Position numbers and translations under genes: made by a program. 64,000 nucleotides of DNA from an uncultured Actinomycetes bacterium. GTDB taxonomy: Bacteria > Actinomycetota > Acidimicrobiia > Spongiisociales > DATADW01. The DNA is taken from assembly GCA_963758695.1 (NCBI GenBank), contig CAVWWM010000009.1, positions 263,521-327,520 on the forward strand, in the 5' to 3' direction. Positions 39,637 to 48,923 of this stretch are shown piece after piece (position 1 is the first letter of the stretch; every line of letters starts with the position of its first letter). Under the pieces are notes generated by a model, which was not told the DNA's origin, searched no databases, and worked only from the letters and a program-made list of their open reading frames with translations.

Positions 39637-39930
39637 ATGGAGAGCCGAGAGGACGGCCAGCAGATTGCCACGATCCTCCAATGGAGGGCGTTGGCATCGT
39701 GCGCCAGGTACACACCCGAGCTCTTCTTCCCGGCGGGAGAGACCGGACTGGCTGGAGCGCAGATTGCGATGGCCAAGCGAATCTGCATCGGCTGCCCGGT
39801 ACGCCAGGAGTGCCTCGACTACGCCCTGGTCAGTAATCAGCGCTTTGGAATCTGGGGAGGGCTCACCGAAGAGGAGCGGCGTCCGGTCCGCCGCCGCTGG
39901 CTGATGCAGACCCGTCGTCTCGTCTCCTGA
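39637..39930 (+). CDS. WhiB-family (Wbl) transcriptional regulator
   Basis: Four Cys residues in WhiB spacing (C...C..C.....C: ASCARY...CIGCPVRQEC) and GIWGG followed by a basic tail. Confidence 0.93.
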   Translation: MESREDGQQIATILQWRALASCARYTPELFFPAGETGLAGAQIAMAKRICIGCPVRQECLDYALVSNQRFGIWGGLTEEERRPVRRRWLMQTRRLVS

Positions 39931-39993
39931 GCGCCTGCGGATCCAATCTTCCGATCCGTCGTCGTTGCGGTCCGCCCAGCCCGCTCAAATCCC

Positions 39994-39999
39994 TAGATT
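39994..39999 (+). promoter_or_regulatory. candidate -10 hexamer TAGATT upstream of corA
   Basis: The same CCTAGATT octamer. It ends 24 nt before GTG 40024, with a GGAGGT SD at 40014-40019. Confidence 0.3.
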
Positions 40000-40023
40000 G
40001 CGGACTAAGGCCCGGAGGTAACG

Positions 40024-41001
40024 GTGATCGTCGATCAGGCGCTCTACGTCGACGGGAAACGCAGCGAGGAGCCGTTCATCCTCGAAGGTTCGCGCCACGC
40101 CTGCCGCGACCCGAACGTCTTCGCCTGGATCGGCCTCTATGAACCAACCGAGGAGGAGTTTGACGCAGTTGCCGCCGAGTTCGACCTACACGAACTCGCC
40201 GTCGAGGACGGACGGCTGGGTCACCAGCGACCAAAGCTCGAGGTGTACGACGACACCCTGCTCGTGGTCCTCAAGACGGCCCGCTATGTCGATCACGAAG
40301 AAGTGGTGGACTTCGGCGAGATCGCCCTCTACCTGAGCAAGCAGTTCGTGGTGGCAGTGCGGCATGGGCCGGCCACCGGTCTCGCGGGGGTAAGGAAGCG
40401 GATCGAGGACCGTCCTGACCTTCTCGCTCTTGGCCCCGGAGCCGTGCTCTACGGGATCCTCGACAAGGTGGTTGACGACTACCTACCGGTCATGGATGGG
40501 CTCGACAACGACATCCAGGAGGTCGAGAAGGAGGTCTTCTCGGCAGTCGGCGGCGGGGACAACCCTGCGGCGCGCATCTATTACCTGAAGCGGGAAGTGC
40601 TCGAGTTCGACAGGGCTGCCCATCCCCTGCTCGAGCCGCTCGATCAATTGGCCAAGGGCCGCTTCGAGCAGCTTCCAGAGTCGTTGAACTCCTACTTCCG
40701 CGACGTCGCCGACCATCTGACCCGTGTGGTGGAGCAGATAAACCAGTACCGCGACCTGCTGACGTCGATTCTCGAGGCCAACCTCACCCAGGTAGGCGTC
40801 CGTCAGAACAATGACATGCGGAAGATCACCGCCTGGGTGGCGATCGTCGCAGTGCCCACCATGCTCGCCGGCATCTGGGGTATGAACTTCGAATTCATGC
40901 CCGAGTTGAACTCACCATTCGGGTATCCGGCAGCGTTGCTCATCATGATCGGTTCGAGCTTGTTCATCTACCGGAGGCTCAAGAAGAGCGGCTGGCTCTA
41001 G
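40024..41001 (+). CDS. corA: magnesium/cobalt transporter CorA
   Basis: GMNFEFMPEL (the GMN motif) precedes the last TM. The 325-aa length is typical for CorA. GTG start. Confidence 0.92.
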   Translation: MIVDQALYVDGKRSEEPFILEGSRHACRDPNVFAWIGLYEPTEEEFDAVAAEFDLHELAVEDGRLGHQRPKLEVYDDTLLVVLKTARYVDHEEVVDFGEIALYLSKQFVVAVRHGPATGLAGVRKRIEDRPDLLALGPGAVLYGILDKVVDDYLPVMDGLDNDIQEVEKEVFSAVGGGDNPAARIYYLKREVLEFDRAAHPLLEPLDQLAKGRFEQLPESLNSYFRDVADHLTRVVEQINQYRDLLTSILEANLTQVGVRQNNDMRKITAWVAIVAVPTMLAGIWGMNFEFMPELNSPFGYPAALLIMIGSSLFIYRRLKKSGWL

Positions 41002-41025
41002 CTGGTTGACGGCGACGCCCTCGGC

Positions 41026-41697
41026 TCAAGCCAAATCGTCGAGATATAGCGGGAGCATCTGCGCCCAAGTCGGCCAGTCGTGATCGTGCTCATGTCCCCA
41101 AAGATCCACGCGGTTGGGGATGCTCTTCGTCCCGAGGGCGTGGGCCATCTTCCATGTCTCACCCGGGTTCTCCCAGCGCCCCCTCCCCGTGGCGAGCACC
41201 ACGAATCTCCGCCGGAGCTGATCGAGCTGTTCTCCCTCGAGACCGGGTAGGAAGTGAAGCGGCGACGAGTAGTAGACGTCGTCGCTCGAGGTTCCGTGGA
41301 GCCAGGCGGCGAGGTCGTACGACCCGCTCATCCCTATCGCCGCCCGGAACGTCCAAGGGTGCCGGCACAACGAGGCCACCGCGTTGAAGGCGCCGATGGA
41401 GGCGCCTGCCGCGATGATCTCGATGTTGCCGTCGGAACAGTCGGTGCGGATGGCGGGCACCAGCTCCTCGTGGATGAAACCGTCGAACTGGCCCTGGAGC
41501 CAGGCAGAGTGCCGCGGGTCGGCGCCCACCAGCCAGGAGCGCCCGGCGACGCTGTCGCAGGAATAGACCTTGATCCGCTTCCGCTCGATCAGACCCGAAA
41601 GGGCGCCGATGAGCCCCATCCGCTCGATCTCGCCGGCGTCACCGCCTGCGGTGGGGAAGACGAGGATCGGTGTGCCCCAAGACCCCCACCTGGCCAC
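41026..41697 (-). CDS. esterase-family protein (PF00756-like alpha/beta hydrolase)
   Basis: Nucleophile elbow GASIGAF and a C-terminal HDHDW. It is the last gene of the four-gene operon. Confidence 0.65.
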   Translation of the reverse strand: MARWGSWGTPILVFPTAGGDAGEIERMGLIGALSGLIERKRIKVYSCDSVAGRSWLVGADPRHSAWLQGQFDGFIHEELVPAIRTDCSDGNIEIIAAGASIGAFNAVASLCRHPWTFRAAIGMSGSYDLAAWLHGTSSDDVYYSSPLHFLPGLEGEQLDQLRRRFVVLATGRGRWENPGETWKMAHALGTKSIPNRVDLWGHEHDHDWPTWAQMLPLYLDDLA

Positions 41698-41744
41698 CGT
41701 GACATGCTGCCCCAGTCTGTCCGAAAACCACCCGGTGAACTCTC

Positions 41745-42986
41745 TCAGGCTTCACCCCGTGCGTGGTCATCACGCCACTGCTGGATGAGCCCCCAGAAAT
41801 GGTCGGTGAACCGATCCCACTCGTGTTCGGGGAATAGGGCGACGACCTTGGAACGGACCGCCTCGCGCGCCTCGGGGCTGCTGAAGAAGTCGTGCGCCAC
41901 CTCGTCCAGGTCGGCCAGGGTCGTGTCGCAAAACTCCTCGAAGCGCTCGGTCTCGAACCGATCCCTTGCTATGGCACCGTACCCGGCGAGGCACTCCCGG
42001 TAGGGGAGGCCTCGGTCTGCCAACTCGAAGTATGCGTCCCAATCGAGGTTGATCCTCATGGGCCTCTTGGTGATGGCGCAGAACAGCGCCCATCGCACCT
42101 TGGCCATGACCAGCCAGGGGAAGTGGTAGTGCAGCGAGGTCACCTGCGAGTCCGGGCAGGCGTTGGCGAAGTCGATCGGCACAAAGCTCCCGTTGGAGCG
42201 CAGCGCCTCGCACGAGTTGAAGTCCCAACCGAAGAAGCTGTTGATCGTTAGGGCCATGTCCTCGAGAAGCAAGGCCTCATCGGCATCTACGAACCCGAAG
42301 TCGATCGAGTACCGCTCGTGGAGCGGGGCGCCCGGGTCGTAGCGGATGATCCGGGTCTGCGGTCCCACCCCGAGGACCCGGACGAACACGTCCCAGGGCT
42401 CTGCGGCGCGCTGGAGGTGCATGACACGGCGGCCCGACTCCTCGTACGCCCTCTGCAACTGGTCGGCGTCGTCGATCCTGCTCACCCCCACCCAAGCGCC
42501 TCCGTCGTACGGTTTCATGTACATGGGGTAGCCGAGTTCCTTGCCAACCTGGCCGAGGTCGAACAACCGGGCGTAACGCTGCAGGGTTGGCTCCAGGTCA
42601 CTGGTGGGCTCGTACTCCTTGGGTGGGACCATCCAGGTGTCGGGTACTGGCAGCCCGAGCCGCATCATCGCGACATACGAACTGTGTTTCTCCATCGCCT
42701 GGAGGGACCACGGGTTGTTGAAGACATAAAGTTCGTCCATGAGTACGGCCTTCTTGATCCACTCCCGGCTCGTCTGGTACCAGTGGGTGAGCCGGTCGAG
42801 CACGACGTCGTACCGCGTGTCCTGCCGTAGGTCGAACGGCTCGATGGTGACCCGCTCGACTTCTATCCGGTGCGTCTCGCCTTTGTAGGTGACGGCGCCG
42901 AGGCGATTGACGATCCCCTCGAAACAAGCCGGCCAGCAGAGATCCGCCCCCAACGACAGCCCGATGACCCTGGTCGCATCACCCAT
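41745..42986 (-). CDS. ATP-grasp domain protein (uncharacterised ligase)
   Basis: 413 aa with an ATP-grasp-like core (YPMYMKPYDGGAWVGVSRI..., SFVPIDFANACPD). I cannot assign a characterised family. Confidence 0.6.
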   Translation of the reverse strand: MGDATRVIGLSLGADLCWPACFEGIVNRLGAVTYKGETHRIEVERVTIEPFDLRQDTRYDVVLDRLTHWYQTSREWIKKAVLMDELYVFNNPWSLQAMEKHSSYVAMMRLGLPVPDTWMVPPKEYEPTSDLEPTLQRYARLFDLGQVGKELGYPMYMKPYDGGAWVGVSRIDDADQLQRAYEESGRRVMHLQRAAEPWDVFVRVLGVGPQTRIIRYDPGAPLHERYSIDFGFVDADEALLLEDMALTINSFFGWDFNSCEALRSNGSFVPIDFANACPDSQVTSLHYHFPWLVMAKVRWALFCAITKRPMRINLDWDAYFELADRGLPYRECLAGYGAIARDRFETERFEEFCDTTLADLDEVAHDFFSSPEAREAVRSKVVALFPEHEWDRFTDHFWGLIQQWRDDHARGEA

Positions 42987-43030
42987 GACCGACAGGGTAC
43001 GGGAGCGGACCGAACAGGTGAGCGGCTGGG

Positions 43031-44170
43031 CTACTCATATGTCAGCCAGAGCGGTCCGGGGAAGAGATAGGACAATCCCTGTCTCATCCTGTCGCGCCAA
43101 TTCTCCCAGTTGTGCCCGTCGCGGGCTTCGGTGAAGAGGACCTGCATCTCCGCTTGCTGCAGCATCGGCACAAGCGACCGGTTCTCGTAGATCAGCGATT
43201 CATACACACCGCAGCTCACGTACACACGGTCCGCAGGTCGCCCCGGATCGGATCGGAACCGGTTCATCCAGGTGACCACTGGCTCGAACTCGGGGCCGCG
43301 CCGGGTCTGTCCGATATCGGTGAAGGCGAACGATCCTGACTGGAGCATTAGACGCCCCCAGGTATCGGGGTGCATCCATGCGGTCGATAGGGAGGCCACT
43401 GCGCCAAGGCTGGCGCCCATCAGACCTCGCCCCCCGGGCTCGTCGACCAGCGGGTACCGGTCTGCCAGCAAAGGCAGTACCTCCTGGGTGATGTGCCGGG
43501 CGTGGCGGGCGTCGCCGGCGTACTCCTTGAGCCGATTGCCAGGGTCGGTGAAGGCGACGATGAGCGGCGCCACCTCGAGCCGGGTGATCAGGTTGTCGAG
43601 CACATTCCTCAGCGACGAATAGCGCAGGTAGTCGGACCCGTCATGCACCACCAGGAGCGGGTACCTTCGCCCACGCCGAAATCGCGCCGGCAGGTAGACG
43701 TGGAGAGTCCTCCGACTCCTTAGCGCGGCGCTGTCGATTTCCAGGTCCTCGATCGAGCCAGGTCGAGACTCAGGGTCGTGGCCCGCCCATTCGGGGATCT
43801 GGTAGCCCTCGGTGGAGCAGACCGAGTTGGCACCGAAAGGATCGTGTGCCCGCCGGGGGTTGAGCGGGTCGAGGATGGTGTCGCGGTGACCATTGCGGGT
43901 GATCCCCAGCTTGTATTCGATGCGCGACCGGGCGGGGAGATCGATCGAGAGGTGCCACAGCGTCGTGCCGGGAACGCGATCGAATGGCTGGGTGCCGGGA
44001 AGCCCGTAGATCCAGTGGTCCAGGTCGACTTTGTCGGCCTCCCCCACAAACACGAAGGTGGTCAGCCCTTCACCCTGGATGGGGACGCGGTGCCGCTCCA
44101 GGAACCGCTGAAGTGCCGCCTCGCCCCGACGGGCCGCCGCCCGGAGCCGTCGCACCGTAGGGGTCATCAT
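43031..44170 (-). CDS. esterase-family protein with an N-terminal beta-rich domain (enterochelin-esterase-like architecture)
   Basis: GASLGAVASL nucleophile elbow, and HVYLPARF...YPLLVVHDGSDY. The ATGATGA start overlaps the upstream stop. Confidence 0.65.
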   Translation of the reverse strand: MMTPTVRRLRAAARRGEAALQRFLERHRVPIQGEGLTTFVFVGEADKVDLDHWIYGLPGTQPFDRVPGTTLWHLSIDLPARSRIEYKLGITRNGHRDTILDPLNPRRAHDPFGANSVCSTEGYQIPEWAGHDPESRPGSIEDLEIDSAALRSRRTLHVYLPARFRRGRRYPLLVVHDGSDYLRYSSLRNVLDNLITRLEVAPLIVAFTDPGNRLKEYAGDARHARHITQEVLPLLADRYPLVDEPGGRGLMGASLGAVASLSTAWMHPDTWGRLMLQSGSFAFTDIGQTRRGPEFEPVVTWMNRFRSDPGRPADRVYVSCGVYESLIYENRSLVPMLQQAEMQVLFTEARDGHNWENWRDRMRQGLSYLFPGPLWLTYE

Positions 44171-45099
44171 GACGTCTGCTCGATCGGCATCACCGATCCA
44201 TCGGCAGTGAGACGCCGCCCCCCATTGTGGACGGTGACCCGATCCCCGTCGAGCACGACCCATTCGTCTTCATCGAGCGGGACCGCTACCGCCGGTACCA
44301 TCCGCCGGGCAAGCACCGCGGTCCGCACCGGGTCGTCGAGCCGGAGCCGCCGCTTGGCGTGTGGAAACGGCTGCACCGACCGATATCTGGCGAGCCCATT
44401 CTCCAAGACCTCGGTGTTGGCGGCCCCCTGTGGAGGGTTGTCGTGATAGACGAAGACCCTCCGAGCCAAGGCCATGGCTCCAGCAGACCACGCAACCACC
44501 GAGCCGTCTCCCCATAGCCCAACCACATCGAACAGCCGGAGCCGGTTGAGGACCACCACGACGTGGCCCCCGGCGATGGCCAGCAACGACATGCCTCCCA
44601 AGAGCTCAGCCACCTCGGCCCGGTGGCGCGATACCGATGGTCGTTCGGCAAGACGGACCTCGTCGTCCCACGCCGCGTGGACCGCTTTCAACCTCTCGGC
44701 ATGCTCGGTATCGAGGTCGGCCAGCTGGCGAAGGGCGGCCTCCCTCTCGGCATCGAGGTCGTCGCTCTCCCCCTGTCGCCCCATGAGCTGCCGTGCCGCC
44801 TCGAGTGTGTGCCGAAGTCGGACCCGGTGGAGCGACTGCAGCGCCCTGAGTCGGTCCTGCCGTCTCCGATGCGATTCGGCGAGTTCAGGGTCGTCGGCAA
44901 AGACCTCCTCGGCCCGGCGATACAACTCGAGGTTGACCACATCTGTGGCGAGGTGCTCCCGAAGCTCGGAATCGGCCGACTCGAGCTCCTGCCAGCCCGC
45001 CGTGACCAAGCCGACCGGCCCCTCCAGCCCAAGCCGTTGGGTCACCGGGCCCAGCGTCGGCCCGAGACGTTGCGGACCGAGCAGGACGGTGATGGGCAC
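44167..45099 (-). CDS. S51-like (cyanophycinase / peptidase E family) protein with a charged helical insertion
   Basis: LLAIAGGHVVVVLNRLRLFD and VVAWSAGAMAL (SAGA nucleophile context). There is an R/E/L-rich insertion of about 110 aa. Confidence 0.55.
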   Translation of the reverse strand: MPITVLLGPQRLGPTLGPVTQRLGLEGPVGLVTAGWQELESADSELREHLATDVVNLELYRRAEEVFADDPELAESHRRRQDRLRALQSLHRVRLRHTLEAARQLMGRQGESDDLDAEREAALRQLADLDTEHAERLKAVHAAWDDEVRLAERPSVSRHRAEVAELLGGMSLLAIAGGHVVVVLNRLRLFDVVGLWGDGSVVAWSAGAMALARRVFVYHDNPPQGAANTEVLENGLARYRSVQPFPHAKRRLRLDDPVRTAVLARRMVPAVAVPLDEDEWVVLDGDRVTVHNGGRRLTADGSVMPIEQTS

Positions 45100-45165
45100 G
45101 GATGGGAGGGTATCGGCATGGCTTGGAGAGCCAAGGTCAAGTACCTATCCGTCCCCCGAAGGGGG

Positions 45166-45197
45166 GAAGACGGGCAGACGGCAGACGGCAGACGGGA
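45166..45197 (+). repeat. heptanucleotide tandem repeat, about 4.5 units, opposite orientation (locus E)
   Basis: gaagacg ggcagacg gcagacg gcagacg is preceded by the hairpin TCCCCC-gaa-GGGGGA. It is not adjacent to a stop codon. Confidence 0.8.
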
Positions 45198-45242
45198 CGC
45201 ATGGCGGAACACACGTCGAGAGGGTCAGCAAGAATGGGGGTG

Positions 45243-45299
45243 CTGGTCGAGCCGGCGTGTACGGCTCGACCAGCCAAAGGCTGCGCGGCCGAAGGCCGC
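45243..45299 (-). terminator. two stacked hairpins downstream of the deazaflavin-oxidoreductase gene
   Basis: CTGGTCGAGCCG-gcgtgta-CGGCTCGACCAG is a perfect 12-bp stem (45243-45273). GCGGCC-gaa-GGCCGC lies at 45285-45299. There is no clear U tract. Confidence 0.4.
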
Positions 45300-45304
45300 A
45301 CCGT

Positions 45305-45709
45305 TTAACTGCCCGGCGGCTTGCCGCCGGGCAAGACTGTGAACCGGACCAGCGGTGCGGTGGACACCCATGTGTCGAGGTCGGCGCGGGCGCGCTCGGG
45401 GTCGGTGCCCCAGCTCTCGGTGAGGACCCTGAAGAGGATGGCTCCCCGCTCATCGGGGTCGCGGATCGGCTCCGCCACGGCATCCAGGTCTGCGGTCACA
45501 CCACGCTTGAGGTGAAGGGTGAAGCGGGGATCGGCCACCAGGTTCGCCAGCCAGTCGCGCTTGAACCCGGGCCGGCCGCTGATGAAGTGCTCCCCGTCGA
45601 AGGTGTGGAAGAAGATCTCCTTGCGGCGGGGTGCGCCGCTCTTTCTCCCCGTCGTCGTGATGTCCACGGGACCGCCGGCTGCCAACGCTTCCTCGATGTT
45701 GCTGTCCAT
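45305..45709 (-). CDS. nitroreductase-family deazaflavin-dependent oxidoreductase (DUF385-like)
   Basis: TTTGRKSGAPRRKEIFFH...DWLANLVADPRFTLHLKRG resembles the F420-binding split-barrel family. The start is ATG 45709. Confidence 0.6.
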   Translation of the reverse strand: MDSNIEEALAAGGPVDITTTGRKSGAPRRKEIFFHTFDGEHFISGRPGFKRDWLANLVADPRFTLHLKRGVTADLDAVAEPIRDPDERGAILFRVLTESWGTDPERARADLDTWVSTAPLVRFTVLPGGKPPGS

Positions 45710-45804
45710 GGATCCGGCAACGGCGTGGGTCGGGATCGTATTCCGCTGGGAGCCTCGCATGGCGGCCGACCACTACCATCGCCGCTCCACCGTCCCGGAG
45801 GGTC

Positions 45805-47079
45805 ATGCCCGCCACCATCGTTCTCGGTGCCCAATGGGGTGACGAAGGGAAAGGGAAGGTGGTCGACGCCCTCGCCGAGACCGCCGACATGGTCGTCCGT
45901 TATCAGGGCGGCAACAACGCAGGGCACACCATCGTCGTCGGCGCCGAGCGGTTCGCCCTTTCGCAGATCCCGAGCGGTGTCATGTACCCGCACTGCACAC
46001 CTGTGATCGCCTCGGGCTGTGTCGTCGACCCGAAGGTTCTCCTCGATGAGATCGACATGCTGACCGAGCGGGGAATCGACCCAGGCCGGCTGCGGGTGTC
46101 CGGCAACGCCCACCTGGTGATGCCCTATCACCGCAAGCTCGACGCGGTCATGGAGCGCTATCTGGGTAAGAACAAGATCGGGACCACCAAGAAGGGAATC
46201 GGTCCGGCGTATACCGACAAGGTGTCGCGCACCGGGATCCGCTTCCAGGATCTGTTCGACCCGAGCATCTTCCGTGACAAGCTGGAAACCGCGCTGATCG
46301 AGAAGAACAAGATCCTCTCCAGGGTCTACAACCAGCTTCCGATGGAGACGGCGCCCATAGCTACCGAGTACCTGGGGTACTCGGAGAGGTTGTTGCCCTT
46401 CGTCGCCGACACGTCGCTCCTCGTGTGGGAAACGATGAGTGAGGGAGGTGACGTCGTCTTCGAAGGCGCCCAAGCCACCCTGCTCGACATCGACCACGGG
46501 ACTTATCCGTTCGTCACCTCCAGCAATCCCACGGCGGGTGGCGCTCTGACCGGCACCGGGATCGGCCCGACGGCGATCGACAGGGTCATCGGGGTGACCA
46601 AGGCATACATCTCGAGGGTGGGGACCGGCCCCTTCCCCACCGAGCTCGATGACGAGGTGGGTGATGCGATGGTCGAGCTCGGAGGTGAGTACGGGACGGT
46701 GACCGGTCGTCGCCGACGCTGCGGCTGGCTCGACCTGGTGGCGCTGCGCTATGCCGCTCGGATCAACGGGCTCACCGGGCTGTTCCTCACCAAGCTCGAC
46801 ATCCTTTCCCATTTCGAATCGATACGGGTTGCCGTCGCCTACACGTCGCTCGGTGAGCGATACACGGACTTCCCCCGGCAGCAACGCGTCCTCTACAACT
46901 GCGTGCCCGTGTACGAGGACCTCCCCGGCTGGTCGAGCGACATCAGCGGGGTGCGCACCTACGACGATCTCCCCAAGGAGGCGCGCCAGTACATCGATTT
47001 CATCGAGGAGCGCACCGGGGTCCCGGTGGAGTGGGTGTCGGTCGGCCCGGAGCGCCAGCAGATGATCTCGAGGACATGA
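45805..47079 (+). CDS. purA: adenylosuccinate synthase
   Basis: GAQWGDEGKGKVVD, GGNNAGHT and TTKKGIGPAY. Confidence 0.97.
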   Translation: MPATIVLGAQWGDEGKGKVVDALAETADMVVRYQGGNNAGHTIVVGAERFALSQIPSGVMYPHCTPVIASGCVVDPKVLLDEIDMLTERGIDPGRLRVSGNAHLVMPYHRKLDAVMERYLGKNKIGTTKKGIGPAYTDKVSRTGIRFQDLFDPSIFRDKLETALIEKNKILSRVYNQLPMETAPIATEYLGYSERLLPFVADTSLLVWETMSEGGDVVFEGAQATLLDIDHGTYPFVTSSNPTAGGALTGTGIGPTAIDRVIGVTKAYISRVGTGPFPTELDDEVGDAMVELGGEYGTVTGRRRRCGWLDLVALRYAARINGLTGLFLTKLDILSHFESIRVAVAYTSLGERYTDFPRQQRVLYNCVPVYEDLPGWSSDISGVRTYDDLPKEARQYIDFIEERTGVPVEWVSVGPERQQMISRT

Positions 47080-48392
47080 AGGCGCTCCTCGTCGGTGGGG
47101 GCGGGCGGGAGCACGCACTGGCATGGTCGATGCGGCGTAGCGGGTCGTTGCGCGACTTGCTCCTCTTGCCGGGAAACCCCGGGATGTCGGCCCTTGGCCA
47201 TCGAATCGAAGGCGTCGAGCCCACCGACGTCGGAGCAGTGGCGGCCGTCGCCGCTGCCCAGCGGGTGGATCTGGTGGCGATTGGCCCCGAGGCGCCGCTT
47301 GCCGCCGGGCTGACCGATGCTTTGACTTCCCGCGGCATCCCGGTGTTCGGGCCGACCAGGAGCGCGGCGAGGCTGGAATCATCGAAGTCGTTCGCCAAGG
47401 AGATCATGCGAAGGGCTGGGGTCCCCACCTCGACCGCTGCCGTCTTCAACGAAACGGCCGCAGCCCACGACCACCTCAGCAATGGCACCGGTCCTTTTGT
47501 CGTCAAGGCCGATGGGCTTGCCGCAGGCAAGGGCGTCCTCGTGACCGAGGACGTCGACGCAGCACATCGCTGGGTGGACCGGTGCTTCGGCGGCGACTTC
47601 GGCACCGCGGGGAGCGTCGTCCTCATCGAGGACTTTCTGGCGGGTCCCGAAGTCTCGATCTTTGCCTTGTGTGCCGGCGGCAAAGCGGTGACGCTGACGC
47701 CGGCGCGCGACTACAAGAGACTCCTCGACGCCGACCTGGGACCGAACACCGGAGGCATGGGTGCCTTCTCCCCGGTTGAGGATCTTCCCAGCGGGCTGGT
47801 CGAGGAGGTGCGTGACCAGGTGATCCTTCCCGTCCTGAGGGAGATGGGCGAGCAGGGCGACCAATACACGGGGTTCCTCTATGCGGGATTGGTCCTGACG
47901 GAGGACGGTCCCCAGGTGCTCGAGTTCAACTGTCGCCTCGGTGATCCCGAGGCGCAGGTGGTGCTTCCCCGGTTGCAGGACGATCTGGTCGGGGTGATGC
48001 TCGGCGCAATCGAGGGGAGCCTGCCCGAGACCCTGGGGTGGTCACACCGCGCTGCGGTCGACGTGGTGCTCGCCTCGGCCGGCTACCCCGACCACCCCCG
48101 CACCGGCGACCGCATAGGCGGGACCGATTCCGCTGCCGACCTCGAAGATGTGCTCCTCTTCCACGCCGCAACGGCAGGCGATGCCCGACGGCCGCTCACC
48201 GCAGGTGGCCGTGTACTCAACGTCGTCGGGCTGGGCGACGACACCGCTACCGCCCGCCGACGCGCCTATGAGGCGGTGGATCTGATCGGATTTCCCGGAA
48301 TGCACTACCGAACCGACATCGGAGCACCGATCTCCCCTGTCTCCGAGACCGGTACCGTGCCCGCTCCAGATCAGAGGAGTGTGATCGCTTGA
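47076..48392 (+). CDS. purD: phosphoribosylamine-glycine ligase
   Basis: [17 protein letters not shown] and an ATP-grasp core. ATGA overlap with the purA stop. Confidence 0.96.
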   Translation: MKALLVGGGGREHALAWSMRRSGSLRDLLLLPGNPGMSALGHRIEGVEPTDVGAVAAVAAAQRVDLVAIGPEAPLAAGLTDALTSRGIPVFGPTRSAARLESSKSFAKEIMRRAGVPTSTAAVFNETAAAHDHLSNGTGPFVVKADGLAAGKGVLVTEDVDAAHRWVDRCFGGDFGTAGSVVLIEDFLAGPEVSIFALCAGGKAVTLTPARDYKRLLDADLGPNTGGMGAFSPVEDLPSGLVEEVRDQVILPVLREMGEQGDQYTGFLYAGLVLTEDGPQVLEFNCRLGDPEAQVVLPRLQDDLVGVMLGAIEGSLPETLGWSHRAAVDVVLASAGYPDHPRTGDRIGGTDSAADLEDVLLFHAATAGDARRPLTAGGRVLNVVGLGDDTATARRRAYEAVDLIGFPGMHYRTDIGAPISPVSETGTVPAPDQRSVIA

Positions 48393-48880
48393 CCTCTTCC
48401 GATGAGCCGAGGAGCGGCCGGGGCCGCGTGGCGATTCTGATGGGCTCGGGATCGGATCGGCCCGTGATGCAACGCGCTGCGGACACGCTGGAGCAATTCG
48501 GTGTGGACCACGAATTCAGAGTGCTCTCGGCCCACAAGACCCCGGACGAGGCGTTCGCCTTTGCCGCATCTGCCGCCGATGACGGGTTCAAGGTGATCAT
48601 CGCCGGAGCCGGCAAGGCGGCGCACCTGGCAGGTGTGATGGCGGCCAAGTCCACCCTCCCCGTAATCGGGGTCCCACTGGCAGCGTCCCTCGATGGCCTG
48701 GACTCGTTGTTGGCGACCGTTCAGATGCCGACCGGCGTCCCGGTGGCGACGGTCGCCATAGACGGTGCGGTCAACGCCGCGCTGCTCGCCGTCTCCATCC
48801 TCGCCCTGTCGGACGACGATCTAGCTGCTTCGCTGGTCAAGTACCGGGTCGACCTGGCCGAGGCGACCCTGCGGGGTTGA
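48389..48880 (+). CDS. purE: 5-(carboxyamino)imidazole ribonucleotide mutase
   Basis: [14 protein letters not shown] and [26 protein letters not shown] start overlaps the purD stop. Confidence 0.93.
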   Translation: MTSSDEPRSGRGRVAILMGSGSDRPVMQRAADTLEQFGVDHEFRVLSAHKTPDEAFAFAASAADDGFKVIIAGAGKAAHLAGVMAAKSTLPVIGVPLAASLDGLDSLLATVQMPTGVPVATVAIDGAVNAALLAVSILALSDDDLAASLVKYRVDLAEATLRG

Positions 48881-48923
48881 GCGCCCGGGTCGGCTGTGGC
48901 CACCCGGCCCTACCCTGGCTCGG

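Noticed and set aside
48389-48880. Absence of purK next to purE as an anomaly
   Set aside because: The pur genes are dispersed in this genome, and purK, purM, purN and purH may simply lie outside the window. This cannot be judged from 64 kb.
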